Under the pieces are notes generated by a model, which saw only the letters and a program-made list of their open reading frames with translations, was not told where the DNA came from and did no database searches. Position numbers and translations under genes: made by a program. 64,000 nt of DNA, from positions 806,001 to 870,000 of the forward strand of contig NC_047081.1 of NCBI RefSeq assembly GCF_902459465.1, written 5' to 3'. Shown here piece by piece: positions 27,420-53,622 of this stretch. The stretch comes from Asterias rubens (Eukaryota). Each line of letters opens with the position of its first letter. Positions within the stretch are counted from its first letter, which is position 1.

Positions 27420-28898
27420 ATGTCAAAGATGTGAGTAGATCCAAGCTTGTTATTAAACTTTTATTAAAATAATCTTATTCTTACAAACAAGTCAGTCAGT
27501 GGGACAGTGGATATCATATCTTCAATCTTCTATCTTCAATGGAATGCCATGAGAATTATAATATATCAAGTTCTTTATTTAAACAATTATATCAAGTTCT
27601 TTATTTAAACTTGTTCTTGAATCCAGGCAGAACTTTACTTTGTGAAAGGATTATTAGTTTGGTAACCAAACGGCCTCATTTATTTGAATTTCGTTCCAGG
27701 TCATCACCACGTCTTATCGATCTTCCTTGGGAGGATGTCCTCATCACCCGCATCCTTCCCCATCTCACCATCATTGACATCTTCAGACTACGCTCCTTAA
27801 ACAAAGACTTCTGCGACCTTGTCCAGGCTTACTTCCATCATCAACGCTCACTGGATTGGTCCAACATCACCTGTCGAGCAAGCGCTGATGCTTTCAAGAT
27901 CGCCACAAGGGACGTGGAGAACTTACAGAAGCTCGTTGTAACAAACTGCAGGGGTTGGTTGACTGATGCGACGCTTGTATCCATCATCAAGAGGAACCAG
28001 CGGCTCCGTCATATTGACCTATCGGAATGCTCCGGGCTGTCGTGTCTGACGATAAACATGATCGCGGGGCGGTGTCCAGATCTACAGACGATGCTACTAC
28101 GGGAGTGTCACTGGGTGTCGTCGTCGATGGTCGAGTGCCTAACGATGCAGTGTAAGAATCTGGAACGGATCGATCTGACGGGTTGCTGGGAGCTGAACGA
28201 TGACACCATCTACATGTTAGCGTCGTTGCAGCCTCAACTTCGCTGGATTTCGTTGGCGAGGATCTACGGAATAACTCAAGTGTCCATCGAGAGGCTAGCT
28301 TTGAATTGCTACCAGCTGGAGTATTTGGATATAGAAGGATGCTGGCGTGTTACTGATGATGCTATTCAGTAAGTCAATAGTCAACACTCCTACTGTGTTA
28401 CCATTTAATAGTGTCGAACATTTTACTGGTACAACCATTTATATGTAAAAGAAAGTAATAATAAGTGTGACAGGAAATTAATTCCTCCCTAGTTGAATAT
28501 CTCTAATGGGAGACTTTCTGGGACGATAGAGGGCAGCAGACTTACCGGGTAAATCCATTTTTCTCAGAATTATGCGCATGTTCAGAACTACGTAAACAAT
28601 GGAAATTTACCCGGTATGTCTGCTGCCGCCTAGCGTTGGAAAGTCTCCTATTGAATATCTTAAATTTCTTATTTCTTTCAGTAAACTAGCTCAGAAGTGC
28701 CAGAGCCTGAAGACGTTGAAGGTTAAAGACTGCCGGAATATAACAGAACGAAGCTTATCCCGACTCCGTATCCAAGGCGTGAGTATCGACATCAGGGGAA
28801 CTGGACAAAGAACCCGCCCGAATACTGCAGGCAACGCCCCACCCAACCCGCCTATGGTCATGAGGCAGTTTCAGCTACCGCTTAATTATAGATTATAA
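27420..28898 (+). CDS. FBXL15: F-box/LRR-repeat protein 15, 298 aa
   Basis: Exons 27420-27430 (ATGTCAAAGAT|gtgagt), 27700-28368, 28682-28898; 897 nt. LIDLPWEDVLITRILPHL F-box start typical of FBXL15, followed by cysteine-containing LRRs (LRECHWVS, DLTGCWEL, LDIEGCWRVTD). The first micro-exon is less certain than the rest. Confidence 0.88.
28503..28656. mobile_element. MITE in FBXL15 intron 2
   Basis: ggagactttc...gcagcagacttaccgggtaaat pairs with atttacccggtatgtctgctgc...gaaagtctcc; a tgaatatct direct repeat flanks the element. Confidence 0.65.
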
Positions 28899-30995
28899 AC
28901 AATTTGGCGCTCGAGTCAGAAATTTGTCCAGATTCCAAATTTTGTGATCTGTTGCCTTGGTAACAAATACTCATCCAAATGTTGCCATGGTAACAAATGC
29001 ATTATTTTCAACTCTCTGTATAATAGCAAACAGCGCCACGTCTGTCAAAAATTACATTGTTTGCACTGAGTTATGATGTACCATGGAGATTGTTAAATGA
29101 TTTTATTAGGCGAATCGTGTCTGTATTTGAAATTAAGTTCACATTACTTTGTTCTTTCTGTTTAAAATCATGTCAAGAAATTCACACAGGAAACTACATT
29201 ATTAATTATGGTGGCCAATGTGACTAACATTGGAAATGCCCATCATCCAGGTCAACGGACTGTTTTATATGTTAACAGGGTTTATGGTTGTAAGCTAGAG
29301 ATGTTTTAGTGATGGGCTCTGAATCTACATCTTTGGAAGTCCACCAAGGGCGAGTAGAGCCCTCTGGAGGACCATATATGTACCTCTATTGGTGGACCAA
29401 GTGCCACCCTGTTGGGGGTTTAAGGGGGTATACATTGTATTTTGCTTTGTACCCAGTTTGCCCACAATTATTCATGTTATAGGGCCACCACCATTGCCTG
29501 ATAAAAAAAACAAGGTATAAGCCCTGTTCCCAAACTGTCCATATTACAGGGCCAACAACATACAATAATTTGAACAGCCTTTTTTGACTTTGTTCTTTCT
29601 CTGTGATATTTGATACTCGTTATCAGTGGCAGAGCCTTCATCAGTGGCAGAGCCTTCGCAGTGTCTAGGTCAGTGCCGTTATCAGACATCATGTTGTTTA
29701 TCAATTCAGTATTAGCCCATCCCTAAGACTCTATATCCCAAGACCTGGCTGCTTGATCAAGGATGATCTTTAATCACACTTGCAGGCCTCGAAATAAGAC
29801 TTTGCACCTAAAGCAATTGTCGTGGTGCCCTGTGCTTTAGATGTGGTGCCCTTTGCAAGGAACCACAAACTTATATTTTCCTCATAGAGTGCACCTGTCC
29901 AGAGAAATATTGCAGTGGCCCTTCGAGAGAAAAGTTCAAGGCCCGCAGATGATATTATTTTGATTACTTTAGGGGAAACCTGTGCCAGGCAGCAAAGTAT
30001 TTGCCTAGAGAACTGGGCAGAAATTTAGAGTTCAGTGCGGTCCAATGTTGATTTCATGCTGAATATAAAATTGTAATATACACTATAATGTTAGTGTAGA
30101 TTAAAATCTATGAGTATTTATGTATAATGTATAAGAAGTAATTGGTTATTGCAAAGTTATATATATTTTATCAAATCGTATTCAGGGTATTTATGTACAT
30201 TGTTTTTAGAATGAATTTTGCACTGGCTATTTGAGAACGGTTCAAACTTTTAAGTTGAAAGGAAGGATATTCAATTTTAGACCCAAGATGCGTTTGTTTT
30301 TTAAAAGTCCTTTAATTGATGTGCTATTTAAGTGATCGTTGTTGTCATTATGCACAAATACAGGGTTATAAATAAAGCATGCACAGTTAATTTTGGTTGT
30401 GGTACAAACATTTTCTTTCTTCGACTTGGAGAATTGACTGCTCCAGTAAGCCATGTCTCTTAATATATTTAGAGCAATCCCAATTTTGAACATAAAACAA
30501 TGTCAAAACAGTTCTTCCGCTTCGAAGCACAATGAACAATTTGGGTTAGTGACAGTCTCAAACATAGGGCTGGATAGCTCAGTTGGTAGAGCTCCGGTAC
30601 GCTAATCCAGAGATCGTTGGTTCAAGTCCCGTTTCGTTAATCTCCTTCGTTAATCTCCTTTATTAAAACCATAATAATTTCATAAATGCAGGTAAAACTT
30701 TAGCACATCCTCCTTGTATCACTAATTTTTTTATTTTTTTAAACAACACAACCTTTAAAAATACAAAACTTTAATAAAAAAGTCACTTGGCTCGACATCT
30801 TTTTAAAATAAAATCTAAAGTTATATAACATGCAGATAAAAATGAAATAAACATTACTTTACACAACATAAAAACAAATACATGTATTACTGTTGATCAA
30901 AATTACGTTAACCCATCACACCAATGAGGGCAATATCTCTGCACCGAAACGCTTACCCGAGGCTTAACAAACTGTTGCTTTTATTTCTTGTCAAA

Positions 30996-31420
30996 CCTTG
31001 GTCTAGAGGATGACACCTCCTGAACCTCGCATTTCAGAGGTTGTACAGTCTCTCTACATCCCCATGAATAAAGGAGTAGGGTAGTGGGCCCAAGTCTCCC
31101 CTTGGTCTAGAGGATGAAGCCCCCTGAATCTCATGGGTGTTTCATTTCAGAGGTTTTACAGACTCTCAACATCCCCATGAATAAAGGACTTTGGTAGTGG
31201 GTCTGGGTCTCCCCTTGGTCTAGAGGATGAAGCCCCCTGAACCTCAGGGGTGTTACATTTCAGAGGTTTTACAGACTCTCAACATCACCATGAATAAAGG
31301 AGTAGGGTAGTCGGCCTGGGTCTCCCCTTGGTTAGTCTAGAGCAGCGAGATTGTAGCCCCCTGAACCTCCTGGGTGTTACATTTCAGAGGTTTACAGACC
31401 CTCATGGGTGTTACATTTCA
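30996..31420. repeat. Tandem repeat of ~104-113-bp units (about 3.5 copies)
   Basis: ccttggtctagaggatga starts at 30996, 31100 and 31213, with a degenerate copy at 31326; an inverted copy of the same family lies at 63850-63972. Confidence 0.85.
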
Positions 31421-32729
31421 CAAATAAAATATTTCTTTCATCCCGCTTATTGGCACCTTTGCTTTTAAAAAAAATAAGATAACAAAAAATCTTTTTTAAC
31501 TTTGCACATGAAATTACGAGAGAAAAAACCACTGACCCCAAACTAGGCAGCATCAACTGAATACATTTGTCATGAACTTCTTAACAAACAAACAAAATCA
31601 CAAATTAAAGTCAAGTTTAGCTTTTACTTTCAGAAAAAATAAATCAGAAAAAATAAACAAGAAAAATACAGGCCTTCTTTGGTGGTTTTGTTGCTATTTG
31701 GAACATCCACCTTGCACCAATGGCATGCCTGCAACTCAGCGTTCTTCCTGAACAGTGGTCTGCTTGCCAGATACAACACTTTCTTTCTTTGTTTTTCTTA
31801 ATGATGTTCCCATCAAGAACTCGGAAATCTCCACAAGGGGATATACACACCAAGCTTGCAACAGTCAATCTCTCTTATAGCAACTTTGGCTTAACGTCTT
31901 TGATTATGCATCGCACAAATCAAGAAATGTTTACACAGTTACTTGACGACAATACTTATTCTAGTAATTGTGAGAACAGTGGTTAGCTTGGTAGGATTCG
32001 AACCCACAAACTTGTGATTGCAAGTCTTGCAGTCTAACCACTTGACAACTGTGAACCCCAATGACCATTGAGAGTTCTGTCCAACTGGTCCAGATAGATA
32101 CTTTCTTGCTTTCGTCAACTACAATAGCGACATGGCCATCACTTTTATGCAAGATGCAGCACCATCCCTTCACAAAATATTTGGCGAAAAAGTTGCAACT
32201 ATTACGACTCTACCTAGCACACACATGGCCATTATTTAGGATACTTGGCACTTTTGTTATGAAAAAAACTGGGCAAAATTTCACATTCATCACCGAGTCA
32301 ATTCAAAATAAAAATAAAAAAATTCAAAAAACAACTCTGTTCAACATACCTTCATCTTTTTCTTACAAATTTAAACTCTTTTTAAACGACAAAAAGCAAG
32401 ATATACAAAAAACAGACATCTTCTTGCCACACAAATACTTTCAACTAAAATAAATAATGCAACATCAAGGGAAAAAAAAAATGGTCAACAAAAACAAGTT
32501 TAACAAAAAGATGTTCAGCAAAGACATTCACTGAACAAATGTTACCAGCTAAAACAGCAGGTTCCCTGATAGATTCATGGTATTAAAGTAGGAGGGTTAA
32601 ACAGCACCTTTCCTCATGTCAGACCAAAAATATCACATCTCTATGAAACCATACCTGCTGAATATGCCATGGCTCAAATTTATTTTTTCAAGCCCATATT
32701 CAAGATGACAAGCATTTTTAGAGAAGACA

Positions 32730-32890
32730 TTAAAAGCCATTGGACCCTTTCGGTACAGACACAAAAAAAAGTTGACCGATGACCGATTGAGCCTAAATTT
32801 TCACAGGTTTGTTATTTTATATATAAGTTGTGATACACGAAGTGTGGGCCTTGGACAATACTGTTTACCGAAAGGGTCCAATGGCTTTAA
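32730..32890. mobile_element. Short TTAA-flanked MITE
   Basis: aagccattggaccctttcggta (32734-32755) is inverted at 32866-32887; TTAA at both ends. Confidence 0.75.
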
Positions 32891-33022
32891 TCTTATTTGT
32901 CATGCTACTTTGTCTCTCAACGGAAACGAAAAGATACTGTAATTAGTCAATTGAAAAGACCAGCTGGCTTGTCCGGTCAAGATTTGATTGGCCCACGGTT
33001 AAATGAACTGGCCTTGGGAACT

Positions 33023-42695
<9,673 letters not shown>

Positions 42696-43483
42696 TGTCA
42701 GGCTGAAAGGGGACGCTGTTACAACCTTGTTTCATACAGTGTCATCAAATCAACTAACTTCTACATGTGTACTGTTATAAGACGATCACATTTTGACCTA
42801 GGAAAGAATGAAAAATAAAAATTGAGAGATCATAATCTTAACAATAACAAACATAACAACCACTATAGTCTGATCAATAACAAACAGCTCGTAATTGACT
42901 ACGACTGTGTAGCGTAGCTGTACACAAAGTTTTCCCACTGACACTTTTGACTTTTAATTTAAACATTGAACCTTGCAATTATTTTGTAATTAATGTTTTT
43001 ATTTAAACAGAGAGCAATTTTGAAATTGTTTAAAACCATGGATTGGAAAAGATGTCATCTGCCACTCTACTTTTTTGCTTTCTCATTAACTTTAGTCTAG
43101 TTTCTTCATTCATTTCAAAATCAAATTCAATCAATTCATTAAAATTAACTTTGTGAACACTCTCTATCTTTGAAATTCTAGACTCAAGTCTTGTTTTTAC
43201 CATTTGTTTTCTTAATTAATGCCTTTCTATCATGTTCTAATCCCAAGCAAACTTTATAACCTTTGGTTTGGAAACCTTGATTGTGCAGCAGTGTTCTCAC
43301 TGTTACTCATTTTGTAAGTGTAAAGTACAGCGCCCTCATTGCGTGTAGTTTAAGATACAACAAAATACAAAACTTGCAAAAACGAACATGACCACCGGAC
43401 CGTCACAAAAGTTATCAAGTTTTCTTCTAAAATTATTCTTTGGCAAACATCGCAATTACGTCCACTTGTAACTTCATACTTAC

Positions 43484-44134
43484 CCAGCTATCTGGCAAAA
43501 TTTAACTGCGATCAGGTATTTCTTTCACCAAAATTTGAAACAATTTCAACAGAAAGTTTTAATTATTTCGTGCTCAAGCAGTTTGATGGCAAACCAACCG
43601 ATGCATATTCTTTCAGTGGTTCACTCAATGCATAACAGTATTATGCAACACAGTACGATCATAACATCGAGTTACCAGTGAAACTGAAATGTTCGGAAAC
43701 CTTCGGAAATTTCCGCTCCGACGCACTGGGTCTGACTACTACCTTGTGTATAAGAGTTCATGTGCAAATAGTGAGGGTACCTGACTAAGCCTGAGGGGCC
43801 GATGACGTTTCGGACGCATGTTTTGACATGCCTTGCTAATTTGCAAGTCTAATGATACTGCGCAATCTCACTGGCCAATCCAAAATCTTCCCGCGGTTTG
43901 AGTCCAAGTCGCGCGAAATATTCCCGCAAAATATCATTTGCAATCTCAGCACCGAACAGAGTAGACCGACGTCACGTTTTCTCTTGCAAGATCGAGTGCA
44001 ATTTTTCTTTGATTAGAGGTTGAAATTTACAGTTTTTGATCTCCAAAACTCATCTAAACGTACCAGACACTCATTTTGAGCAGAATCTGTTATTTTGTTT
44101 CTTTTTTTCGTCTCGCACCAAATCAAATTCCAAG
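43484..44134. promoter_or_regulatory. Bidirectional promoter/5' UTR region of PIWIL2 and PCNA with E2F and CCAAT motifs
   Basis: Minus-strand gtaagt donor at 43478-43483 (probable PIWIL2 non-coding exon); CCAAT 43875-43879; TTCCCGC 43888 and 43921; TTTCGCGCG on the minus strand 43910-43918; PCNA ATG at 44135. Confidence 0.65.
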
Positions 44135-47829
<3,695 letters not shown>

Positions 47830-49644
47830 CTTACCCTTAACGCTAATTACTTAATACTCAAAAAGGAAACTTGTACAAATTAACTTGGTTTATACCCGTT
47901 TGAAAAGGTGAACAAAAAAAGGAGACAGTAGAACTGAACTTCTTGACTGCAGGACTTGCACAAACTTTCTATTCCAACAAGATACGCTTTTGACCAAACT
48001 TGTGATTGGCATTAATGTTAACCCTTTGACTTTAATCAACGTTGCAGAGAAACGATAGCAAGGTTCGAATTGAACGTTAACTGACCGTTATAAGTCTTGT
48101 ACTATATGCATTTCAAATATCACTAGAGCGAAAGACTTGGACATTATATTTGATTAAATAATTATTTAATTTGTAACTGATGCTGCAGACTTGCAAGGGC
48201 AACAAAAACCAAAGGAATTCGTTCTCGTCATCACGGCACTTAACATTACTCGATAAGTATATTGCTATGTATTTATGTAAATTACCCTGTGTTCATGTAT
48301 GATGTGAACATTATGGTTCCAACTGTAAGATACATGTGTATGTTTTGGCCAAGTTCTCAAGTATAACAAAAATTCTATCCTTATTAAAATAAAAACATGG
48401 AACTAATTTTACGGCTAAGTTCCTTTTAAAAATTTATGAAAAAGTAAAATATTTCTAGAATTCAGGTGTGTAACACTACATTTGTAAAATGTATAAATTA
48501 TACGGAGAGTTACAAAAAATATTTGCTTATCCCTTATAAAATAGAAGTTTGTGTTGTCTTATATATAGAAAGAGAAAATAAATATCGCATCTCTGTCGGG
48601 AGTTAAACATTTTGTTTTTGTCCTATATCTCTTGACTCGATCTGGTAGTGGGTTTTCATGTAATTTTGGCAGTTCTTTCGTTTGCAAATATTAATAGACT
48701 TTCATTTAAAGGGTTGCCTTATTAGCATACTCAACCTCTGAAGGATTTCTACATCATGCAACTGCTTTTTCACAAACTTTTACCACACTTTTAGTAAATA
48801 GAATTTTAGTTCTGAATTGGAGGGTGCTGTAAAAGCAACACTACCTGTTGACTGCCACACGAAGATTTGACATTGACATAATTATTGTAATAACAAGGAT
48901 TTATGTTTCGAGATACTGAAGTAATTAACAGTAATAGTATGGTTTCTCACTCTTGTCTAAATTATGGATGGAGAACTTGGTGTTTATGTGCATGCTCGGA
49001 AGAATGGAAAGCTTAACAAAATTAAGGGGGTTACTGACTGCGTTTTGGGAACAAAAATATTATTTCATTTATATTTTAACAAGGCATTACGTCATCCTTT
49101 TTGGAAGGCGCTATTTTTACTGAGCTGCTACCAACTATAGAGGGCGCTAGACCAATATTGCGGTAAATTAAAAACGGACTCGGCGTGTGTAATGTCAATG
49201 CTAGTCACCTCATAAACGAGCCAAAGGTATGTATCATTTCCCCCTTATTAGGTAAAATGCGAAAAAATTTATGTGGAAGTAAAACTAAGCTAGCGTTATA
49301 GACCACATTATTGTACAAAATATAGCAAATTTGGGGAAGAAAACGTTAAATAACACCAAATGAATCAACCAACCAAAATCTTAAAAAATGGTGTTCAATT
49401 TCACACGCAACACAGTCGCGCATGCGCACGGTCCTGCAGTTCATAATGTCGTCTGCTATTGCTAATAATTTTTCCCAGTGAAGACTAGCCGCAACTTGCT
49501 CTTTTGACTTTTCATCTCTGTTGGCTTAATTTTTAAGGTTGATATTTTTAAAGGGAAAGGACAGTAATGGCATGACTCCATGAGATGATGAGTAAAATAA
49601 ATACTTAAGTTTATTTAAACAAAACTGGGCCTTCTCAATCTCTG

Positions 49645-49794
49645 GGGCCGATTTCACAAAGCAATACAATTCATCACAAGACAAATTTTCAGTATCACCA
49701 TAGTGATTTGTATTGTGACATCACACTTTACTAAGCAACTGTGATTGATTTGCAGTTACGATCAATTTTATTTAGATCTTTGTGAAATCGGCCC
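49645..49794. mobile_element. PIF/Harbinger-type MITE with CTG TSD
   Basis: gggccgatttcacaaag / ctttgtgaaatcggccc perfect 17-bp TIRs, CTG on both sides. Confidence 0.8.
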
Positions 49795-52700
49795 CTGGTC
49801 TGGGCCGAGCTTGGCCAAATCAAATTCAAATTAAAAGCCCATATAATCCATGTGTAATGAACTGTATAAAAATTTCTGTCTTGAAACTTTCAAGACAGAA
49901 AGAAAGCCTTATCCTTTGTGTTATTTCACTCTTTTTCTATTCTATTTTCTAGGATTGGGTAGCGCTGTTGTGACATAAAAAGTCTGACTCTGAAGACTAG
50001 CTTGAACTAGGAAGGCAGGGTCTAAGATAGAAATAACGATAAGAGTGGACCATAATTTATGAAGTTGTGTGAATGTGAATAACAAATATGGCACAGATAG
50101 AACAGTCAGTTTGTCAGCTTCAGTTCCATGAAGACTGGATGGAGAAACGTCCACCAAGACTCAAGCTGTAGGTATTTTGGACGCTATGATTGTAACATTT
50201 TAAGACCTTGCCCACCCACTAGGTAGCAGTCTAGCAACTCCGCTGCCTAAATAGGCTATTGCGGTTGGGGGTCCAATTTCATAGAGTTAGGCACAAAAAG
50301 TAGCTAAGCACAACAACCTTATGCTTACCAGAGCCCCATTTCATAGAGCTGCATTCAAGCATGCCTAACAATTTTCTGCTTGGCCAAAAAATATGCAGGA
50401 TACAGTCACAATGTTACATATTTTGACTGGTAACCCTAATCTGGTAAGCATAATGCTGTTGTGCTTAGCTACTAGTTGTGCTTAAGCAGCTCTATGAAAC
50501 TAGGCTCAGATTAAGACTACTACTAGCCAAAAAGTTTTAGAAATGTAAAAAATTGTCTTCCTGCATGGCCCTTGTCCCTCGAGGCCCTTCCACCATTCTA
50601 CATTACAATGCATACCTGGGCTTGAACTCTTGCCCCTTCTTGTCCTTTTCCTTCGTGGGCACCAGGGTGCACGTGTACTCCAGATTCTAATATGAGACCT
50701 AACCTTCTGAGCTGAGTATCCTGGTAGGATGTCAGTAAGTGCCACTGCACTGCAGAGGAGTCCAAACTGTGCTAAGCTAACCCATCTTACAACTGTCTGA
50801 TATTTACAAAGATCGATCTAGTCTGATTATGATGTGATATTAATAACTATGTCCAACCTATCCCATTGTACACATTCTAAATGGAACCTACTTATCGAAA
50901 TGGATTGGGGGAGGAGTTGGGGGGGAGGGGGCAGTTACACCATGTCTGCCCTCATGTGCCAATGACTTGAAACCCCTCTCATCGTGTGATGACAGTCTGT
51001 TCATAGCGTACAATCTGCTACCCTTGCATGCCTGTAGCTCATTATTAGAGTGAACGATTGGTCATAACGTGTCATATCCTCTCCCCTCAATGACTCGAGA
51101 GACACACATACAACCCCCCACCTCCCCCCTCCCTCTTGAAACACAACAGTATCCATTTACACACATCTATAGACACACACTCGCTGAGTCTAAAGCCACA
51201 ATGGTATGACTCCTTCATACTCAAGCCTCAACTTTTTTTTCTCTTTGACAAACTTGTTCCACCGATTCCAAGCGGATCATAAATTCAACGTTTTTGGTTT
51301 ATTTTTAAGGACCTCAAATCTACGAACAAATCTGTGCTACACAGTTAGTAAACTGTCACTGGCAATTCCATGGGATCTGTGCAGTCAAGAGCTATTTGGT
51401 CGATCACAATGATATACTTGCCGTTTTGATGTATTCACACTCTTTAACATCATCCTCTGGGGCTGTGTGATTCTGACGACTCTCTTGGAGACTGGAAACG
51501 AAAGCTTGGTGAGTATGCAAAAGTGATTAATGATGTGGTTTTGGAATGTCTAGGTAGCATCTTCATTGTATTGTCTTGCGTAATTATCAGCGTTGAAAGC
51601 CGGCAGAGCTGAGGCACTGCTTGGCCTGGGAGTGGAAGAGCTAGTTCTGAAACCTTTTTATTTTGATGGACAGGGCAGTCCTTTGATGGACAGGGCGGCC
51701 CCTTGATGGAAGGGGCAGTTTTTGCTAGATGGTCAGCTGTCAGTCAGGTACCACTCTGTGCTTATCCTGGACCCTGGGGAGTGATGTACAGTGGGCCTGT
51801 AGTCGAGGGTCACTGGAACAATTAAGTAATTAAACATGAGGTTTGAGATCACAGTGTTGAGTGTGCATCAGTTGGGACTTGTAAGATATTGATGTCAGGC
51901 TTTAAAGTCCAAGACAAAGGATTAGAACTGTCATCTTGTTACAGTTTCTTTATTTGTGCACAACATGGACGTTAAACCCATGTTTGTATGAGGAAGACTG
52001 GCTATTGCCAGCTTGGTGTTAACATCCCTTGTGGGAGTTTGCTGAGCTCTCTTGATGAGAAGATCATCTATACAAACAAACTGTGATGTTTCCGTCAGCC
52101 AAATCATTGATAATTTATCATCCCTTCTGTCGGGAAGATATGTTTTGTGAAGATATGATTTGGTTTGAACATTGTGCATGCAAATATCCAGGGTTTGACT
52201 GGCCAACAGGACCATCTCAAAAGTATCTAAACATTTTAAGTGCTGTGTTTTGGACTTCTTAGTTTTTAACCATTCGGCGGCTTGAGCCAAGGCTAGCATT
52301 TATAAGCATGGTACCCTATTGGTTGAATGTTCAGCTGGTTAGTCTTCGTCACAAGTCACAGCCAACTGATAAAGTCAAGCTATATCGCTTTGAACTTTAG
52401 AGAGCTGTCTCACTGTTGCTCTCTATCCCTAATCTGCATTAAAAATATTTGAGCAAATCACCAGGGTCCAATTTCATTTAAAGCCTATACACACAAAATT
52501 GTGCTAAGCACAGATAGTATTGCTTTAGCAGAAACAGTTTACCAGCCAAGTTTGCATTGCTGTCGCTGGTGCCCCACTCAATTTTTGCTTAGCAAAGAAA
52601 TTTGTCCAGCGCTATTTTCTGCTAAACAACTTTGTGAAATTTGGCCCAGGTCAGCTTTTAATTGGAAACTGTAGCTTGAGCGTGTGTGTGTGACAGGGGG

Positions 52701-53462
52701 AAATTATTCTGAGCAGCCATACGGCAGTGTCCGGTCATTTTTTCCCAGGGTTGTGAAGAAAAAAGTATGTCTTGAAGGAGTTTACTTACTGAGACAGTCT
52801 CCCACCCATTGTGCCATTTTCTATTGTAGAAATCTCAAAACATACAAGGTGTCACTCTGAAATAGAAACTGAATGCAATACTCGTACAGAGGTTTTGAGT
52901 TGCATGTCCGATTAAGAGAGGTCCATTACTTGCTTCTTTCGTTTTTTTCTCTTCCCGTTTTGTTCACCCCGTATTTGTTTTAATTTCTCATGTGCCCTGT
53001 GAGCTGCCACAGTTTATTTCCAGTATAATTTTTGAACTGACTTTAACAGGTGAAAATCTTGATGATTCACAGCTTTTATTTTTTACCCCTGTCGTCCTCT
53101 CAAAACAAGGCACTTGGAAATCATAGTTTGGGGATCATCTCTAGAGAGAAGTTGCTTATTTTTATTTTGACTAATCCACGATTCGTCTTGATTGTTTAGT
53201 TGTAAATCAGTGAGCCTTTGAGGGGTTTGGGTACTGGTGACTCAAAAGGGGGACCAGGGGGAAAGTAGGGAGGGACATATCCCAGAAAAGTAGGGCGCTT
53301 ACAAGAACGTCATGGAGTCCACAAAACATTCTGTCAATGTTCCACTTGTCATTTGTTTTACTTGGGCTTTTTCCAAACCTCTGATAGGCTCTGTTTCTGG
53401 TTCCTTCCTCTGTTGTTCAAAAGACGCCCAGGCGCTCCTCTGCTTAACACTATGGTGGGTAA

Positions 53463-53622
53463 AGACTAAAGGTCGACAAATTGTCGGTCGCGCGATGGTC
53501 GTGCGATGGAAATCTTGACGCGCGATCATAAAAAGACACAGTTTTTAGGCCTCAGTCTTAGAGGATTGCGCGTAAGATTTCCATCGCGCGACCATCGCGC
53601 GACCGGCTATAAGCCGGCCTTA
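53463..53622. mobile_element. CpG-rich palindromic MITE
   Basis: ggtcgcgcgatggtcg(t/c)gcgatggaaatctt(g)acgcgc is inverted as gcgcgtaagatttccatcgcgcgaccatcgcgcgacc. Confidence 0.7.

Noticed and set aside
27539-27699. N-terminal extension of the 277-aa ORF as the FBXL15 start
   Set aside because: AT-rich, intron-like sequence ending in a good acceptor at 27699; homology begins after it.
30567-30636. tRNA-like sequence with good A and B boxes
   Set aside because: No acceptor-stem pairing and a broken anticodon stem; it is a SINE head. The same applies to tRNA-like stretches near 14690, 20080, 31990, 56740, 59070 and 59880.
49985-50025. CTGAAGA-ctag..ctag-GAAG hammerhead-like motif (similar partial hits at ~43800 and ~51473)
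   Set aside because: The core is incomplete and there is no helix I/III pairing; chance matches.
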